Shown one piece after another: positions 48,138 through 60,600 of a DNA stretch of 64,000 nt. A model generated the notes under the pieces. That model searched no databases, was not told the origin of the DNA, and saw only the letters and a list, made by a program, of their open reading frames with translations. The stretch covers positions 67,904-131,903 of the forward strand of contig NIVC01000417.1 of the NCBI GenBank assembly GCA_002269645.1, given 5' to 3'. Source of the DNA: Macrostomum lignano (taxonomy: Eukaryota). Position 1 is the stretch's first letter. The number at the start of each line of letters is the position of its first letter. A program made the translations under genes and the position numbers.

Positions 48138-51100
48138 CACCTAACGGCCCGCCGCTAGCGGAGCCCATCCCACGCTAAAAATAGCCCGTTAACGGGACCC
48201 AGCCCACGGTGGGATGGGCTCCCTTAGCGGGGGCCAGCCCACGAGCGGAGAGGGAGAGGTGGGGTGGGTGTTGGGTGAGTGTGGAACGCCAGTGCGCACT
48301 AGCGTACTAGCACTGTACTAGCAATGAAGCTAGCTGAAAACACTGCACATCCGTGACTCATTTCTCGTATATTAATGTATGCTGGATGAAGACGGCTCTT
48401 TGTCTTTCCCAACTCTCCCAAAATTAAAAAACTCCTAGAACGCATTTCGTTTTAAGCTGCAAGGAATTGTATTCTTTAAAGAAACGCGTTTCATTCAACG
48501 TATAGTTTCTACTTTTTAATACATATCATTTATCAAACTATTTGACTCAGTTGAATCTTTAAGATCTTGAGATTTATTCTTAATACGCTCGTAAGGCTTT
48601 CGTTATTTCTTTATTCCAAAGGTAAGCAAACGTTGGTTCTTAATTTGCATTGTACTCATTGTATTTTCTTTTATGTCTAGCTTATAATTGCAATATGCTA
48701 GGAATCTTATATTCTTCCAAAACCTTAAAGGTGGAAATATGGTCAAAGAAAAATAGTACAGGCGCAAGAAGTGAGGACGACTAGCCATCCATTTCGTTTC
48801 AAACGTAAAAGATTTAAAAAAACAAACTTAGCAAAGTAAGGTACTAAGCGAGTTATTCTAAAATTGACAGACAGGCTAATTTCCTAATTCGCAGAATCGC
48901 TGAGTCCCAGTTTTCTAATTTCTATAGATTGGACTTGTCCTTTAGCAGTTATCTTTATTTTCAGAATACTCGTATACTGCATCCGTTTGTAAATATTGTC
49001 AAAAAAGGCGGAAAAATAAATTTTGAAGTTCCGCACAAAGTTAAAAAATTACGAATTTGAACAAAATTTAAATTCACGCGGATATTCAACATCTCACGTT
49101 CGTTAAATTCTGGCAATCTGGCGCCCCCTTTGGCACTTCATTGGCCCTGAAATACTTGAATTGTGGTTGCTGTATGATCTTATTTCCTTTTCTAGTTTAG
49201 GAAGTCAAATAAAGAGTAAAGTAGTCAAATAAATTGATCTTATGCTGGAGTACAATGAGATACTGAATGTTAGCATTTTAAGCAAAGCGATAATATTGTT
49301 TGGAATTCTGTTTACACTAGAGCAAACTGATCTTTCGGACCCGCTCGTATTTAAGATAAAACTTTGAAAATAAAACAAAAATGGTAGAAAAGAAACAATT
49401 AAAAAGGGATAATAATTACCCAGTGTTGGGCACGATACTCAGAAAAAGTATCGGTTAAAAGCGATACTCTGATACCCTTTCTGAAAAAATATCGCCCTTC
49501 GATACATATCGGCTGTTTTGTGATTTTAATTTACAGTTGCTCAGGTTGCACTAAAGTCGCAATCCGCCGCAATCAACCCGCAGGTGACAGAATCCGCTGC
49601 CAGCAGACCTCATGGCTGGCTAGCCGTGGTTTGGCTACTCGGGACGCTGTTCACCTCCCCTGCTGAACGAGGCCATCGCTGATTTTGTCCGCTAAGATGG
49701 CGTTCCGCGACGATGGCCGGCCGGCGGCCACGTTCTGATGCTTGACGGCGCCGCCTAGTGAGTCATTGCATCCTACCACAACAGATAAGCACATTCCATC
49801 CATAATTGACTCGTCTAAAACAAATAGCCCCAGTCGTAATCCATAAATCCTTATCTGATTACAACTGTATCGTAAATTCTGAATTGTACTTCTGAATTGT
49901 ACTTCTGAATTGTACTTCTGAATTGTACTTCTGAATTGTACTTCTGAATTGTACTTCTGAATTAACACCCCTCGTAAATTGAATTGCGAAGTATAAAAGT
50001 TCAGTAAAACAGAAATACTGAAGTATACTGAACTGACTAAAAATGACACTTTTAAAATATTTCGCAACAGCTGTAGCCAGGGGCGCGGATTTAGGGCTCT
50101 GGTGGGAGCGCCACTCCTCCCAGCGCTCCCTAGGAACTTTTATTACCTGGATACCTAGGTACTTCTTCCTAGGTACTAGAATTTACCTTGGCTAGTAATC
50201 GACATACTGATTTACTTTGCTAAAATTCTACAGTTTTTGACGCAAGCAAGGCTGGGCCGTTAAATCATTGATGAAACAAGTTACAACCTTAGAAACTGTA
50301 AATTAATATCACAAAACAGCCGACATGTATCGAAGCAACGAAACTAACCAGTCAAAAACACATTTTGCACTCTCATCCAGATTCTGCCCGATCGCTACGA
50401 GGGCTTCTAGCGCGCTCTGCCGTTGCCGGAGTGCAGAGGGCGAGATTGCCGCCTGGCCACTCGGCTGCCGGCATTCTTTGTCCAGCCGGACCTGGAGCCC
50501 AGGATGTACAACGCCTATGGCCTGGCCGCTGCAATGTCATAGGGGCACCACAAACCTGCACTTGGATATCGCCTGGATACTTTGGTCACCATAGCAACAT
50601 TAATAGAAAATGAGAAGCAGATGAATGTTTATTTAAAACCAGTTTGATTACTTTTATCCCAGATTTAGACTATGAAACACCCGATGGCCGATATGATACG
50701 AACTAAGTTTTGTTATTTTTCAGTTTCAACTGCTCCTGTCTTTTCGTGGTTCATATTTTCAGAATTTAACTAGCAATCAGCGCCCCCCCCCTTGGGGAGC
50801 CAAAAAATGCAGTACGAGTTTTTTTAATAAACTACATGTAGATTGTAGTGTCTCTTTGCAATAACCTCAGCAATCGCTTGTAAGCGTTGACATCTCAGCA
50901 ATTCCTCCCCCCACAAGTCTTAACATATCAAACCCCCCCCCCTTGAAATCTGAGCGATGACCCCCATAAGCCTTGAAATCTTAAAAAATCTGTCAACCCT
51001 AACCCTAACCCTAACCCTAACCCTAAAGCATTGCCATTTTAGTAATTCTCCCAAGAGTCATTATAACATTACAGCATTATAGCAATTCCTCCAAGCCTTG

Positions 51101-54100
51101 ACATCGTAGCGATTCCCAAATGAATCTCCTAACTTCGACATGACTCTTCTTTTATATCTACTTTCATCTGTTTAAAATGACGCTTCTTCTATTAGCGCCC
51201 CTCGTGGGGAACTAACAAAGAATGTAATAAAAAAGTGAATAAACTACATGTAGCTTCTGAATTTTACCTAGACATCTCAAAAATCCCTCATAAGCATTTA
51301 CGAGTACATCTCAGTTATTCCCCGTGAGCCTTAACATCTTAGTAATTCTCCTCAAGAGTCACAGCACAGTTTCACGTGACTCTTCTTTTATTTTGAAATG
51401 ACGCTACTTTTTGACATGACGCTTCTTTACATGATACTTATTGATTTTTACGTAATGCTTCTATTTTTTTACATTTTTTTACTTTTTTCATTTTTACATA
51501 AAGCTCATTTTCTTTTCTACATGACGCCTCTGTTATTTTTACCGGACGCTTTTATGATTTTTTACATGACGCTTTTATGATTTTTTACATGACGCTTCTA
51601 TGATTGTTTACATGACGCTTATATGATTGTTTACATGACGCTTCTATGATTTTTACATGACGCTTCTATGATTTTTACATGACGCTTCTATGATTTTTAC
51701 ATGACGCTTCTATGATTTTTTACATGACGCTTCTATGATTTTTTACATGACGCTTATATGATTGTTTACATGACGCTTCTATGATTTTTTACATGACGCT
51801 TCTATGATTTTTACATGACGCTTCTATGATTGTTTACATGACGCTTCTATGATTTTTTACATGACGCTTCTATGATTTTTTACATGACGCTTCTATGATT
51901 TTTACATGACGCTTATATGATTGTTTACAGGACGCTTCTATGATTTATTACATTATGCTTGTATGATTTTTACCGGACGCTTCTATGCTTTTTTACATGA
52001 CGCTTCCATGATTGTTGACATGACGCTTCTATGATCGTTTACATGACGCTTCTATGATTGTTTGCATGACGCTTCTTTCATTTATACATGACGCTTCTTT
52101 TTTTGCTTTTATTAGCTGTGTTTTGATATTAGAATACACATACAGGCGCAGTCCCAAGGCTTTTTGCCGAATTTTGCGGACACGTTTGTGGACAAGTCTG
52201 GCTTGAGTTTATGGTTTGACAGCCACTTTGACTTGTCATTTTCTTCTACCAAAAACCGATTAAAGGCTTTCAAACCTTTCGATAAAAGGTGCCATAAATA
52301 TTTATGCGAAGACTACATCTATATTTACTTGTATAGCTAAAGAAACTAGAACGTCAGAAGCTTCCCCTCACCATTCCCCTCTGAGGGATATAAACAAGTG
52401 CATCTTATCAGGGATAAGTAATTAGAAATCGTGGATTCGGATTCCAACATGAGGAACCAGGGATATAAATTTAGAAATCGTGGATTCGGATTCCGAAATG
52501 AGGAATCAGGGATATGGAATTAAGAATCGTGGATTCAGATTCCAACATGAGGAATCAGGGATATGGATTTAGGAATTGTGGATTCGGATTCCAACATGAG
52601 GAATCAGGGATATGGATTTAGGAATTGTGGATTCGGGTTCCAAAACGAGGAATCAGGGATAGGGATTCGGAATCGGGGATTGAGATAAAAAAAAATGAGC
52701 TTCTCACGGTTCTATGATAGCTGGCAGTCTTTCAAACATTTAGAAAAAGGTGCCATAAGCTCCTCTCTGCCTTATGAATTATGATATCTGACCCAGTCTT
52801 TCAAGTTTCTTGCAAAAGGTGCCATATGCCCTTCTGGAAAGGGAATTAAGAATCGTGGATTCGGATTCCAACATGAGGAATCAGGGATATGGAATTAGGA
52901 ATCGTGGATTCGGGTTCCAAAACGAGGAATAAGGGATAGGGATTCGGAATCGGGGATTGAGATTAAAAAATGAGCTTCTCACGGTTCTATGATAGCTGGC
53001 AGTCTTTCAAACATTTAGAAAAAGGTGCCATAATAAGCTCCTCTCTGCCTTATGAATTATGATAGATGATCCAGTCTTTCAAACATTTAGAAAAAGGTGC
53101 CATAAGCTCCTCTCTGCCTTATGAATTATGATATCTGACCCAGTCTTTCAAGTTTCTTGCAAAAGGTGCCATATGCTTTTCTGGGAAAGGGAACTAAAAA
53201 TCGTGGATTCGGATTCCAAAATGAGGAATCGGAATATGGAATTAGAAATTGTGGATTAGGGTTCCAAAATGAGGAATCAGGGATATGGAATTAGAAATTG
53301 TGGATTCGGATTCCAAAATGAGGAATCAGGGATATGGAATTAAGAATCGTGGATTCGGATTCCAAAATGAGGAATCGGGGATATGGAATTAGAAATTGTG
53401 GATTCGGGTTCCAAAATGAGGAATCAGGGATATGGAACTAGAAATTGTGGATTCGGATTCCAACATGAGGAATCAGGGATATGGAATTAGGAATCGTGGA
53501 TTCAGATTCCAACATGAGGAATCAGGGATATGGAATTAAGAATCGTGGATTCGGATTCCAAAATGAGGAATCGGGGATAGGGATTTGGAATCGGGGATTG
53601 AGATTAAAAAATGAGCTTCTCACGGTTCTATGATAGCTGGCAGTCTTTCAAACATTTAGAAAAAGGTGCCATAAGCTCCTCTCTGCCTTATGAATTATGA
53701 TATCTGACCCAGTCTTTCAAGTTTCTTGCAAAAGGTGCCATATGCCCTTCTGGAAAGGGAATTAGGAATCGTGGATTCGGATTCCAACATGAGGAATCGG
53801 GGATATGGAATTAAGAATCGTGGATTCGGATTCCAACATGAGGAATCAGGGATATGGAATTAAGAATCGTGGATTCGGATTCCAAAATGAGGAATCAGGG
53901 ATATGGAATTAAGAATCGTGGATTCGGATTCCAAAATGAGGAATCAGGGATATGGAATTAGAAATTGCGGATTCGGGTTCCAAAATGAGGAATCAGGGAT
54001 ATGGAATTAGAAATTGTGGATTCGGATTCCAACATGAGGAATCAGGGATATGGATTTAGGAATCGTGGATTCGGGTTCCAAAACGAGGAATCAGGGATAG

Positions 54101-57100
54101 GGATTCGGAATCGGGATTGAGATTAAAAAATGAGCTTCTCACGGTTCTATGATAGCTGGCAGTCTTTCAAACATTTAGAAAAAGGTGCCATAAGCTCCTC
54201 TCTGCCTTATGAATTATGATAGATGATCCAGTCTTTCAAACATTTAGAAAAAGGTGCCATAAGCTCCTCTCTGCCTTATGAATTATGATATCTGACCCAG
54301 TCTTTCAAGTTTCTCGCAAAAGGTGCCATATGCCCTTCGGGAAAGGGAATTAAGAATCGTGGATTCGGATTCCAACATGAGGAATCAGGGATATTGAATT
54401 AGGAATCGTGGATTCGGATTCCAACATGAGGAATCAGGGATATGGAATTAAGAATCGTGGATTCGGATTCCAAAATGAGGAATCAGGGATATGGAATTAG
54501 AAATTGTGGATTCGGGTTCCAAAATGAGGAATCAGGGATATGGAATTAGAAATTGTGGATTCGGATTCCAACATGAGGAATCAGGGATATGGATTTAGGA
54601 ATCGTGGATTCGGGTTCCAAAACGAGGAATAAGGGATAGGGATTCGGAATCGGGGATTGAGATTAAAAAATGAGCTTCTCACGGTTCTATGATAGCTGGC
54701 AGTCTTTCAAACATTTAGAAAAAGGTGCCATAACAAGCTCCTCTCTGCCTTATGAATTATGATAGATGATCCAGTCTTTCAAACGTTTAGAAAAAGGTGC
54801 CATAAGCTCCTCTCTGCCTTATGAATTATGATATCTGACCCAGTCTTTCAAGTTTCTTGCAAAAGGTGCCATATGCCCTTCTGGGAAAGGGAATTAAGAA
54901 TCGTGGATTGAGATTAAAAATGAGCTTTTCTAGGTTCTATGATTTCTGGCAGTCTTTCAAACATTTAGACATTCAAACATTAAACATCAAATATTGTTTC
55001 ATACATTATATATACTACACATTGTGGGATTACACGCAGGTGCGGTTTTAGTTGGGGGGGGGGTTAAAGGCCTATTCAAAGGCTTAATAAACTTCATTAG
55101 GAAGATTTCCGTCTGCGAAAACTCTGATTCCCGCCCTCATGCGCCCTATCTCCCCCCTCCCCCCTACTCCTGTAGGTTAGGGTGATGAAAGATCAGAAGA
55201 GTGATATACTGTAAAGGAGAGGATCGCGAGATAGGACAATAGGTAGAGATACAGACTACCTATAGGGTAGGACGAGAGTAGCATGACTGAATGGCCTGGA
55301 GGAAGGTGATAAAAAGCGATAAAAGCGATATGGGCGATTCTGTGTGGCAACATAACTCATCACTAACAGTGCATCGAGTGGGTTAAAGATTAAGACAAAG
55401 GCATTGCACAATTAAGTAGTAAAAGTAAATCATAAGTTAATTATAATAACTTCGTAAATCTCAGCAACATCGAAAAGTCGCCATCACAGAAGTCTGTGGT
55501 CGTCACTTTTGAAAGTGCAGGTGAAGTCTCTCAATCTTTGCGAGTGACGCAACGCCACGCGGCAGACTTGAGTTGAGGAATGAAGTGGGGGAGCGGTGTG
55601 CGAGGGTTGAACGGATTAAAGCAGCGGTTCTCAACCTTTTTTTCAGGCGACCCCAATTTATTCACTTGCATCATTTTTAATGTTCGCGACCCCTTTTAAA
55701 GTTAATATACATGTAATGCATTATTTTGTATGACAAACTCACACATTTCTTCGTGCTGCGACCCCCAGAAAATGGTCACGCAACCCCACTGGGGTCGCGA
55801 CCCATAGATTGAGAACCACTGGATTAAAGCTACCTTGATTAGTTTATATCATATCTTTTATTTATAATATTTTAACTCACTCACTAATAATATATTACTC
55901 TCTGGCGCATAGAGTGGCGACTTTTCAATGTTGCTGAGTAACGATATTTAGTAGATCCTGAACTCTGAGCAAACAGTGATCTAGATGGAGTATACCTAAT
56001 TGAAAAATAATCAATAACAAAACAATAAACAATAACAAGTCCGAAAATGACACTTTTGATTTTTATAGTGCCAAATAGATATAAATCTGCGCTGATCCCT
56101 GAAGTCATGCCTTAAAGCCCAAAAACGCTCGGAAAGCTCAAATCGGCGCTGGAAAGCTCAAATCGGCGCGGGAAAGCTCAAATTGGCGCCGGAAGTCAAA
56201 TTTGGCGCCAGGATCACCAAATCGGCGCCAGGGATCGCCGAATCAGCGCCGGAATGCTGAAATCCGCTCGAGAAAACCTAAACCAGCGCTAGAGAGCTGA
56301 AACCAGCGCTAAAAAGCTCAAATCGGCGCGGGATAGCTCAAATTGGCGCAGGATAGCTCAAATTGGCGCAGGATAGCTCAAATTGGCGCAGGATAGCTCA
56401 AATTGGCGCCGGTCGGCGCCAGGATCACCGAATCAGCGTCGGAATGCTAAAATCAGCGCCAAAAAGCCCGGACCAGCGCTAGAAAGCTCAAATCGGCGCA
56501 GGATAGCTCAAATTGGCGCGGGAAGTCAAATTTGGCGCCAGGATCACCAAATCGGCGCCAGGATCGCTGAATAAGAGCCGGAAAGCTGAAAACAGCGCCA
56601 AAAAGCCCGGACCAGCGTTGGAAAGCTCAAATCGGCGCAAGATAGCTAAAATTGGCGCGTGAAAGCTCAAATTGGCGCCGGAAGTCAAATTTGGCGTCAG
56701 GATCACCAAATCGGCGCCAGTATCGCCAAATCAGCGCTAAAAAGCCCGGACCAGCGCTGGAAAGCTCAAATAGGCGCGGGAAAGCTCAAATTGGCGCCGG
56801 AAGTCAAATTTGGCGCCAGGGTCACCAAATCAGCGCCAGAATGCTAAAATCAGCGCCTAAAAAGCCCGGACCAGCGCTAGAAAGCTCAAATCGGCGCAGG
56901 ATAGCTCAAATTGGCGCGGGAAGTCAAATTTGGCGTCAGGATCACCAAATCGGCGCCAGTATCGCCAAATCAGCGCTAAAAAGCCCGGACCAGCGCTGGA
57001 AAGCTCAAATAGGCGCGGGAAAGCTCAAATTGGCGCCGGAAGTCAAATTTGGCGCCAGGGTCACCAAATCAGCGCCAGAATGCTAAAATCAGCGCCAAAA

Positions 57101-59256
57101 AGCCCGGACCAGCGCTAGAAAGCTCAAATCGGCGCAGGATAGCTCAAATTGGCGCGGGAAGTCAAATTTGGCGCCAGGATCACTAAATCGGCGCCAGGAT
57201 CGCTGAATAAGAGCCGGAATGCTGAAAATAGCGCCAAAAAGCCCGGATCCAGCGTTGGAAAGCTGAAATCGGCGCAAGATAGCTAAAATTGGCGCGTGAA
57301 AGCTCAAATTGGCGCCGAAAGTCAAATTTGGCGCCAGGATCGCCGAATCGGCGCCAGAATCATCAAATCGGCGCCAGGATCGCTGAATCAGCGCCGAAAT
57401 GCTGAAATCAGCTCAAGAAAACCTAAACCAGCGCTAGAAAGCTCAAATCGGCGCAGGATAGCTCAAATAGGCGCGGGAAAGCTCAAATTGGCGCCGGAAG
57501 TCAAATTTGGCGCCAGGGTCACCAAATCGGCGCCAGGATCGCTGAATCAGCGCCGGAATGCTGAAATCAGCTCAAGAAAACCTAAACCAGCGCTAGAAAG
57601 CTCAAATCAGCTCTAGAAAGCTCAAATCGGCGCAGGATAGCTCAAATTGGCGCGGGAAAGCTCAATTTGGCGCTGAAAGTCAAATTTGGCGCCAGGATCA
57701 CTAAATCGGCGCGAGGATCGCCAAATCAGCGTTGGAATGCTGAAATCAGCGCCATAAAGCCCGGACCAGCGCTGGAAAGCTTAACTTGGCGCGGTAAAGC
57801 TCAAATTGGCGCCGAAAGTCAAATTTGGCGCCAGGATCGCCGAATCGGCGCCAGGATCATCAAATCGGCGCCAGGATCGCTGAATCAGCGCCGAAATGCT
57901 GAAATCAGCTCAAGAAAACCTAAACCAGCGCTAGAAAGCTCAAATCGGCGCAGGATAGCGCAAATCGGCGCGGGAAAGCTCAAATTGGCGCCGGAAGTCA
58001 AATTTGGCGCTAGGATCACCAAATCGGCGCCAGGATCGCTGAATCAGCGCCGAAATGCTGAAATCAGCTCAAGAAAACCTAAACCAGCGCTAGAAAGCTC
58101 AAATCGGCGCAGGATAGCGCAAATCGGCGCGGGAAAGCTCAAATTGGCGCCGGAAGTCAAATTTGGCGCCAGGATCACCAAATCGGCGCCAGGATCGCTG
58201 AATCAGCGCCGGAATGCTGAAATTAGCTCAAGAAAACCTAAACCAGCGCTAGAAAGCTCAAATCGGCGCAGGATAGCGCAAATCGGCGCGGGAAAGCTCA
58301 AATTGGCGCCGGAAGTCAAATTTGGCGCCAGGATCACCAAATCGGCGCCAGGATCGCCGAATTAGCGCCGGAATGCTGAAATCAGCTTGAGAAGACCTTA
58401 ACTAGCGCTGGAAAGCTCAAATTGGCGCTAAAAAGCCCGGACCAGCGCTTGAAAGCTCAAATAGGCGCGGGAAAGCTCAAATTGGCGCCGGAAGTCAAAT
58501 TTGGCGCCAGGGTCACCAAATCGGCGCCAGGATCGCTGAATCAGCGCCGAAATGCTGAAATCAGCTCAAGAAAACCTAAACCAGCGCTAGAAAGCTCAAA
58601 TCGGCGCAGGATAGCGCAAATCGGCGCGGGAAAGCTCAAATTGGCGCCGGAAGTCTAATTTGGCGCCAGGATCACCAAATCGGCGCCAGGATCGCCGAAT
58701 TAGCGCCGGAATGCTGAAATCAGCTTGAGAAGACCTTAACTAGCGCTGGAAAGCTCAAATTGGCGCTAGAAAGCTCAAATCGGCGCAGGATAGCTCAAAT
58801 TGGCGCGGGAAAGCTCAATTTGGCGCCTAAAGTCAAATTTGGCGCCAGGATCACCAAATCGGCGCCAGGATCCCCAAATCAGCGCTGGAATGTGCCAACG
58901 AGTGTAGAAGTGGCAGCATATATCAGCTTGCTACTTCTGGGCGCCAAGTTTAATATACCGGCGCCAATTTCAGCCTTTGGGCGCCAATTTTAGCGCCCTG
59001 GCAAGGTCAATGCATTTAGTTCTCACTCAATGGAGCCGAAAAAAAAGTTTTTTTTCTATTTTGAATTAGTGCCATGTATCTTGACAACCAATGCGAGTCA
59101 AGTTCTGGCGTCTGCTTCTCCACAGCCCCGCAATGGCATATCCTAACCATTGTGGGCTGGCCCGCGCTAAGGGAGCCCACCCCACCGTGGGGCGGACCCC
59201 GCTAACGGGCTATTTTTAGCGTGGGATGGGCTCCGCTAACGGGCGGCCATAAACTG
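48138..59256. mobile_element. Giant non-autonomous TIR DNA transposon, copy 2 (11,119 bp)
   Basis: Same termini as copy 1; perfect 8-bp TSD CAAAAAAT at 48130-48137 and 59257-59264; offset to copy 1 is 11855 before and 11311 after a 544-bp indel. Confidence 0.9.
50381..50573 (+). pseudogene. KDM3: Captured KDM3/JMJD1 JmjC exon fragment, copy 2
   Basis: Same sequence as 38526-38718, including the lesions. Confidence 0.88.
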
Positions 59257-60376
59257 CAAAAAATAGCCCGCTAACGGTACCCAGCCCACGGTGGGATGGG
59301 CTCCCTTAGCGGAAGCCAGCCCACAAGCGGAGAGGGGTGGGTGTGGGGTGAGTGTGGACGGTAGTGCGCACTAGCGTACTAGCACTGTACTAGCAATGAA
59401 GCTAGCTGAAAACGCTGCACATCCGTGACTCATTTCTCGTATATTAATGTATGCTGGATGAAGACGGCTCTTTGTCTTTCCCAACTCTTCCAAATTTAAA
59501 AAACTCCCAGAACGCGTTTCGTTTTAGCTGCAAGGAATTGCAATCTTTCAATACTTAACGCGTTTCATTCAACTAATAGTATCCGACTTTTCAATACCTA
59601 TCATTTATTAAACTATAATTGAATCAGTTTAACCTTAAGGTTCAGAGATTTTTAATCCTAAGCTTTTTATCTTTATTTTATCCCAAAGGTAAGCAAACGT
59701 GGCCGGTTGGTCCTAAATTGCATTGTACTCATTATATTTTCTTTTATTATGTCTAGCTTAGCTTAGAATTGCATTATGCTACGAATCTATAGTCTTTTAT
59801 GCTCCTAAATTTAGTGGAAATTTGGTCAAAGAAGAATAATACAGGCACAAGAAGCGAGGCACATTTTCGTTCTGAACGTTTTTATAGCAAAATAAGGTAT
59901 ACCAAACGAGTTATTGATAAGTGATAGACAGACCAATTTCCAATTTCCAATTTCCTAATTCACAAAGTGCTGTTTTTCTAATTTGTGGATGTCTGATAAA
60001 GGCATAAAATCAATCGCCTCTGTACTTGTATTTGTCATTTAATATATACTGCATCCGTTTGTAAATATTATGCGAAAAAGACAGAGAAAATAAGTTTTGA
60101 ATTTCAACACGAAGTTAAAACAAACTAAAAATTTAAACAAAATTCAAATTGACGCGAAAATTAAAAATCTCACATTCGTTAAATTCAAAATTAAAAAATT
60201 AATTTACTCGTACGATCAAAGGACACTGGACACTAGGTTGCTATCTACATGCGATAGCAATTCCACTTTAACTTATGGGCTTTGCCCTTATTTTGTTCAC
60301 TGCATAGATTTTTGTGTAGATCTAGTCTTATCTCTCTTAAGAGTCATGTCTATGAGAGTTATATTTTAACGTTGTA

Positions 60377-60600
60377 CACCTTTTCACGTTCAATTTTGAA
60401 CAAAGTCCAGTTCTAAAAAAACTAGCGGAAATTCAATTCAGACAATTTAGACTGGGGACAATTTTGTCTATGGCTAAACCTCGCTTCCGTAGCAGAATGT
60501 TTTGAACTGGGTTTTGTTGCCCCAGTCTGAATTGTCTGAATTGAATTTCCGCTAGTTTTTTTAGAACTGGACTTTGTTCAAAATTGAACGTGAAAAGGTG
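60377..60600. mobile_element. Tc1/mariner-type MITE with ~80-bp TIRs
   Basis: TA|CACCTTTTCACGTTCAATTTTG ... CAAAATTGAACGTGAAAAGGTG|TA; one mismatch over ~80 bp. Confidence 0.85.

Larger units (their letters stand above)
48093..60190. mobile_element. Older diverged member of the same family: left end split by copy 2 (48093-48137 + 59257-~60190)
   Basis: Removing copy 2 and one TSD restores CACCTAACGGCTTCCCGCTAGCGGGACCCATCCCACGCAAAAAATAGCCCG..., collinear with 36283-~37255 but with many substitutions and indels. Confidence 0.85.

Noticed and set aside
45072-58993. Repetitive 53-aa-period ORFs (e.g. 46356-47054, 57667-58365)
   Set aside because: Mostly non-ATG starts, fragmented over several frames, fully explained by the 159-bp satellite.
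36283-59256. Simple tandem duplication or assembly artefact
   Set aside because: Each unit has its own distinct perfect 8-bp TSD, and the spacer contains a split older terminus.
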